From: Polyangiaceae bacterium
GTDB taxonomy: Bacteria > Myxococcota_A > Polyangia > Polyangiales > Polyangiaceae
Assembly (NCBI GenBank): GCA_044222475.1
Contig: JBGANF010000200.1
Location: 1 to 10,519, forward strand
Length of the DNA: 10,519 nt
Direction: 5' to 3'
In this document: piece by piece, positions 6,226 to 10,519 of the stretch
Position numbering within the stretch: the first letter of the stretch is position 1
Layout: every line of letters starts with the position of its first letter
The notes under the pieces: model-generated
The model's input: only the letters and a program-made list of their open reading frames with translations
What the model was told of the DNA's origin: nothing
The model's database searches: none
Made by a program: the position numbers and the translations under genes

Positions 6226-8463
6226 TCACTTCGGCGGCATCACGACGGTCTTGCCCAGCTCGTAGGGCTTGGGCCACCACACGTCGACGCCTTGCTCGCG
6301 CGCGGCTCGCAGCGTGAAGTGCGGGTCGTCGAGGTGTTGGCGCGCGAGCGCGCACAGGTCCGCTCGGCCCGAGGCGATGATCGTGTTCACTTGATCGGCC
6401 GTGGCGATGTTGCCCACCGCGATCACCGGGACGTTCGCCTCGTGGCGAATGCGATCGGCGAAGCGCGTCTGCCACATGCGCCCGAAGACCGGCTTCGCGT
6501 TCGGGGTGGTCTGCCCGGTGCTGACGTCGATGATGTCGGCACCGTGCGCGGCGAAGAGCTTGGCCAACGCGACCGAGTCCTCCTCGCTGGTGCCGCCTTC
6601 CTGCCAGTCGATGGCCGAGATACGGACGCTCAGCGGCTTGTTCGCCGGCCACGCCTCGCGCACCGCGTCGAGCACCTCGAGCGGAAAGCGCGCGCGGTTT
6701 TCGAGCGAGCCTCCGTACTCGTCGGTGCGTAGGTTGGTGAGCGGTGAGAGGAACGTGGCGAGGAGGTATCCGTGCGCCATGTGGAGCTCGAGGAGATCGA
6801 ACCCGGCGCGGACGCCGCGCTGGGTCGCCTTCACGAAGTCGGCCTTCACGCGGTCCATGTCGGCGCGGTCCATCGCCTTCGGGACTTGGCTGTGCGGGTA
6901 GTAGGGGAGCGCGGACGGCGCGATGAGCGGCCAGCCTCCGCTCGGCAGCGGCTGATCCATGCCCTCCCAGAGGAGCTTCGTAGCTCCCTTTCGCCCGGCG
7001 TGACCGAGCTGCAAGCCGAGCTTCGCCGGCGTGCGCTCGTGCACGAACGAGACGATGTGCTTCCACGCGCGCTCGTGCTCGTCGCTCCAAATCCCGGCGC
7101 AGCCCGGCGTGATCCGGGCGTCCGGCGAGATCGTCGTCATCTCGGTCATGACGAGCCCGGCGCCCCCGAGGGCGCGCGACCCGAGGTGCACGAGGTGGAA
7201 ATCGTCGACCAGTCCGTCATGTGCAGAATACATGCACATCGGCGAGACGACGACGCGGTTCGGGATGGTGACCTCGCGCAAGGTGAACGGCCGGAACATC
7301 GGCGGGCGTGTCTCGTCGCCGAAGCCGTGGCCCTTGTTCCAGTCGCGCGCGACGGCTTCGACGAACCGCGGATCGCGGAGCTTGAGGTTGTCCCAGGTGA
7401 TTCGCTTGCTCCGCGTGAGCAGGTTGAACGCGAACTCGTGCGGAGATTGCTCGCCGTAGTAGCGCTTCACGTTCTCGAAGAAGAGGAGGCTGTCCTGGGC
7501 TGCGCGCTGCGTTCGCGCGGAGACGTCCTTGCGATCGGCCTCGTACGCGGCGAGCGCACCTTGGAGGTCGGGCGTCGCTTCGAGCGCCCTCGCGAGCGAG
7601 ATGGCGTCTTCCATCGCGAGCTTGGTGCCGCTGCCGATCGAGAAGTGCGCGGTGCGCACCGCGTCTCCCATCAGCACGACGTTCTCGTGGTACCAGCGCT
7701 CGTTCTTGATCGTCGGGAAGCGGCGCCAGATCGACTTGTTGGTCATCAAGCGATGGCCGCGCAGCTGCTTCGCGAAGAGCGTCTCGAAATAGGCGACCGC
7801 GTACTCCGGGGGCTGGTGGTCGAAGCCGGCGGCGCGGAAGCTCGCCTCGTCGGTCTCGACGATGAACGTGCTGTGGTTCTCGTCGAACGGATAGCCGTGG
7901 ACTTGGAAGACCCCGTGCTCGTTCTTCTCGAACACGAACGTGAACGCATCGAAGCGGATGTCGGTGCCGAGCCAGATGAACCAGCACTTGCGGTCGTCGA
8001 TCGTTGGAAGGAACGCTTCCTGGTAGCGCGCGCGGACCTTGCTGTTCACGCCGTCGGCGCCTAGGAGGAGATCGCAGTCCTTGCGGAGCGCATCGACGTC
8101 GTCGACTTCGATCTGAAACTTCAGCGTCACGCCCAGCTCTTCGCAGCGATGCTGGAGGATGTTGAGCAGCTCCTTCCGCGAGATGCCCGAGAAGCCGTGG
8201 CCTCCGGATCGCAGAACCGTGCCGCCATAGTGGACGTCGATGTCGGTCCAGTGCGCGAAGCGGCGAGTGATCTCGTCGTGGGTCGCGCGATCGGCATCGG
8301 CGAAGCCCGAGAGCGTCTCGTCGGAGAAGACGACGCCCCAGCCGAACGTCTCGTACGGGAGGTTTCGCTCGAGGAGGACGATCTCGTCCTTCGGGTGAGC
8401 CTTCTTGCGGAGCAGGGCGAAATAGAGGGCGGCGGGGCCTCCGCCGACGCTGACGATGCGCAT
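6226..8463 (-). CDS. Bifunctional salicylyl-CoA 5-hydroxylase / oxidoreductase (FAD monooxygenase + old-yellow-enzyme FMN domain; SdgC / 2-aminobenzoyl-CoA monooxygenase-reductase family), 745 aa
   Basis: The N-terminal flavoprotein hydroxylase has [40 protein letters not shown] and [23 protein letters not shown]. The C-terminal OYE barrel has [58 protein letters not shown] and [13 protein letters not shown] 8463 matches the family N-terminus better than TTG 8472. Confidence 0.93.
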   Translation of the reverse strand: MRIVSVGGGPAALYFALLRKKAHPKDEIVLLERNLPYETFGWGVVFSDETLSGFADADRATHDEITRRFAHWTDIDVHYGGTVLRSGGHGFSGISRKELLNILQHRCEELGVTLKFQIEVDDVDALRKDCDLLLGADGVNSKVRARYQEAFLPTIDDRKCWFIWLGTDIRFDAFTFVFEKNEHGVFQVHGYPFDENHSTFIVETDEASFRAAGFDHQPPEYAVAYFETLFAKQLRGHRLMTNKSIWRRFPTIKNERWYHENVVLMGDAVRTAHFSIGSGTKLAMEDAISLARALEATPDLQGALAAYEADRKDVSARTQRAAQDSLLFFENVKRYYGEQSPHEFAFNLLTRSKRITWDNLKLRDPRFVEAVARDWNKGHGFGDETRPPMFRPFTLREVTIPNRVVVSPMCMYSAHDGLVDDFHLVHLGSRALGGAGLVMTEMTTISPDARITPGCAGIWSDEHERAWKHIVSFVHERTPAKLGLQLGHAGRKGATKLLWEGMDQPLPSGGWPLIAPSALPYYPHSQVPKAMDRADMDRVKADFVKATQRGVRAGFDLLELHMAHGYLLATFLSPLTNLRTDEYGGSLENRARFPLEVLDAVREAWPANKPLSVRISAIDWQEGGTSEEDSVALAKLFAAHGADIIDVSTGQTTPNAKPVFGRMWQTRFADRIRHEANVPVIAVGNIATADQVNTIIASGRADLCALARQHLDDPHFTLRAAREQGVDVWWPKPYELGKTVVMPPK

Positions 8464-8470
8464 CGAGCGC

Positions 8471-8476
8471 AAGCTA
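8471..8476 (-). promoter_or_regulatory. Putative -10 element (TAGCTT) of a leaderless transcript for the hydroxylase
   Basis: On the minus strand the sequence reads ggTAGCTT-gcgctcg-ATG (7-nt spacing), with no Shine-Dalgarno. Confidence 0.45.
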
Positions 8477-8526
8477 CCGCGAAAGGGGCCCCTTGCGCCG
8501 CATGGAAGCGGAGTGCGCGACCGCCT

Positions 8527-9504
8527 TCACGGGGCGCAGCAGATGGCAACCGGAGCGACGAGTCCGAACCCGGCGCCGCTCGTCGTCGTCGTGCAGGCCG
8601 CGTCGACCTGAGCCACCGTCAGCTTCAGCGAGGAGAAGCTTTGATAGGTGCGACACGGCGCGGCATCGAAGGTGTCTCGCAGCGTGTCGCACCCGTTCGC
8701 GCTGTACGTGGTCAAGATCGCGCTGCAGGTCTGGGGTGAGGTCTTGCATCCGCACGTCCCGCAGCTCCCGCCCACGGTCTTCCCGGCCGCGAGCGCGGTG
8801 TAGCCCGACGGGCACGCTGGTGCGGCGCCGTCGACCGTGTCGGCGAAGATGCACAGGCTGTAGCCGTTCGACTTCAGGCCGCAGTAGTCCGTCGTGCACG
8901 ACGAGGTGGCACACACCGTCACCGGATCGGAGGTCACCTGGGCGTTTCCGCCTCCGCCTGCCTCGCACGTCGACGTCGGTTGAGCGGGGTATTTCAATAC
9001 GACGCGTCCTCCGCCCTTGCTGAGGTCCTGGCAGGTGTCGGTCGCGGAGACGACGGCCGACGATGAACCGCCGTTGCAGTTGAAGTCCGACCCGCCGTAG
9101 AAGCTCACGGTCGCATCCATCGGGCATGGACCGCTGCTCGTCGCAGTGCACGAGCACGCAGTGCACGACCCGGGGACGATGGCCGCATCGGTCTGGAAGG
9201 TCGACGGAACCCACCCTGCGTCGGGGTCGACGGGACAGCCGCCGTCGTTGGGGACAGCGATCGGTTGCCACCCTGCGTCGGCCGGGTAGGGCGGCAGGCA
9301 GCTCGCGTCCAGCGTGGTGCAGGCGGGGGGAACGAAGATGTCGGGGATCGCCACGTCGAACGAGACGATGGTGTCGCCGCCCGAGTCGGGGATGGTCGCG
9401 TCACCGGGATCGGAGAGCAGCCCGCCCTTCTCCAGGCCGCACGCCACGGCCAGGATCGACACTGCCCCGAGAATCCCCGCCACCGCGATGACCCGCCAGC
9501 GCAT
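8527..9504 (-). CDS. Cysteine-rich lipoprotein (325 aa), paralog of 9517..10503
   Basis: GGAGG lies 6 nt before ATG 9504. Signal peptide with lipobox LAVA-C, 25 Cys, CxxCxC motif twice, C-terminal ICCAP. Confidence 0.85.
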   Translation of the reverse strand: MRWRVIAVAGILGAVSILAVACGLEKGGLLSDPGDATIPDSGGDTIVSFDVAIPDIFVPPACTTLDASCLPPYPADAGWQPIAVPNDGGCPVDPDAGWVPSTFQTDAAIVPGSCTACSCTATSSGPCPMDATVSFYGGSDFNCNGGSSSAVVSATDTCQDLSKGGGRVVLKYPAQPTSTCEAGGGGNAQVTSDPVTVCATSSCTTDYCGLKSNGYSLCIFADTVDGAAPACPSGYTALAAGKTVGGSCGTCGCKTSPQTCSAILTTYSANGCDTLRDTFDAAPCRTYQSFSSLKLTVAQVDAACTTTTSGAGFGLVAPVAICCAP

Positions 9505-9516
9505 GGAAGACCTCCG

Positions 9517-10503
9517 TCAGGGGATGCAGCAGACCGTTTGGGGTTGCGTGAGCTGAGCCGTCCCGTTGCCGGCGGACGCGTCGCAGGTGGGGCTGCCGCG
9601 GACGACGGTGAGCTTCATCGACTCGGAGCTTGCGTTCGGGTTGCACCCGCCGTCGAGCGAGTAGGTTTCACTCACCGTGCCGCACGTCGTGTCGACGAAC
9701 GACTCGAGGGTAGCCGAACAACGCACCGGCGCGGTCGAGCAGCCGCAGCCGAGGCACGCTGCACCCGCATTGAGCCCCGTAGCGCGTGGGACGTAGCCGG
9801 CCGGACACGTGCGGATGCCGGACTGCATGATGCACAGCTTGTAGCCTTGCGCGGCCATCCCGCAGAAATTGATCGCGCACGACGGCGTGGCGCAGGCGGT
9901 GATCGGGGTGGTCGTCACCTGCGCGTCCCCGGTCGAGCTCGCATCGCACGACGACGCCGCCGTCTGCGGTCCGTACGTGGCGGTGAGCCCTCCGTTGGGG
10001 GTCGAGTTCGTGACGCAGGTGTTGATCGGGAGCGTGAGCGCCCCGTTCGCGGTGTTGTTGCAGTTCGAGTTGTAGCCAATCGTCGCACCGCCCTCGGGCG
10101 CGCAGTTCGCGGCCGTCGCCGAGCACCCGCAGCTGCACGAGCCGGGGACGAGCGTCGGGTTCGTCTTCAGTGGGATGGTGCTCCAGCCGGCGTCGGGATC
10201 GATCGGGCACGCGCCTCCATCCAGGAGGACGGCGACCGGAGTCCACGCGTCGGCGGGGAAGGCGGGCAAGCACGACGCATCGAGGGTCGTGCAGGGCGGC
10301 GGCACGTAGACGTCGATGATGGGGACGTCGATCGCGACGTCGGGGATGGCGCCGTCTGGGACGGTGGAGTCCTTTCCGCCGTCGAGCTCGACGAGAAGTC
10401 CCCCTTGGTCGAGACCGCACGCGACGCCAAGCACCGATCCAGCCCCGAGGACCGCGACGACGATCAAGCGATGCAAGCGCAAGCGACGAACCTCCCGCTG
10501 CAT
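9517..10503 (-). CDS. Cysteine-rich lipoprotein, paralog of 8527..9504 (true start possibly TTG at 10482)
   Basis: Signal peptide with lipobox LGVA-C, 25 Cys, C-terminal VCCIP. It shares CTTLDASCLP, CPxDPDAGW and VPGSC with the downstream paralog. GGGAGG (10496-10491) lies 8 nt before an in-frame TTG at 10482, which gives an N-terminus matching the paralog. It is 12 nt from the next gene, so probably co-transcribed. Confidence 0.85.
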   Translation of the reverse strand: MQREVRRLRLHRLIVVAVLGAGSVLGVACGLDQGGLLVELDGGKDSTVPDGAIPDVAIDVPIIDVYVPPPCTTLDASCLPAFPADAWTPVAVLLDGGACPIDPDAGWSTIPLKTNPTLVPGSCSCGCSATAANCAPEGGATIGYNSNCNNTANGALTLPINTCVTNSTPNGGLTATYGPQTAASSCDASSTGDAQVTTTPITACATPSCAINFCGMAAQGYKLCIMQSGIRTCPAGYVPRATGLNAGAACLGCGCSTAPVRCSATLESFVDTTCGTVSETYSLDGGCNPNASSESMKLTVVRGSPTCDASAGNGTAQLTQPQTVCCIP

Positions 10504-10519
10504 GTACTCTATCAGTAAT

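Noticed and set aside
5125..10518. Alternative-frame ORFs overlapping the four right-hand genes (e.g. 5125..6090, 5187..6317, 6772..8064, 8474..9271, 9265..10518, 9668..10420)
   Set aside because: They fully overlap well-supported CDSs and have shadow-frame composition.
1..10519. CRISPR array, tRNA/rRNA, transposase or integrase
   Set aside because: I found no regularly spaced direct repeats, RNA gene signatures or recombinase motifs by eye.

Overview
GC-rich bacterial DNA, most likely from a myxobacterium (Polyangiales-like; inferred from composition and the Cys-rich lipoprotein types). The main feature is absent from the ORF track because its stop codon lies outside the window. It is one uninterrupted minus-strand frame from about 4754 (or 4859) to beyond position 1, encoding at least 1,584 aa. 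It has a long helical HEAT/ARM-like N-terminus, an HExxH metallopeptidase-like module (HEYGHH...NLVADEHLE) and a C-terminal CobT/NorD-type VWA domain (DCSGSM...GFTD...GNNDAA...LLVMISDG), which predicts a MoxR-type AAA+ partner just off the left edge. After a ~580-bp divergent intergenic region containing a ~270-nt multi-hairpin candidate structured element come four genes: a putative beta-propeller lipoprotein (+), a stand-alone bifunctional salicylyl-CoA 5-hydroxylase/OYE-type oxidoreductase (-), and two tandem paralogous Cys-rich lipoproteins (-) with 25 of 25 cysteines conserved. Several genes appear to be leaderless or to have very short leaders.
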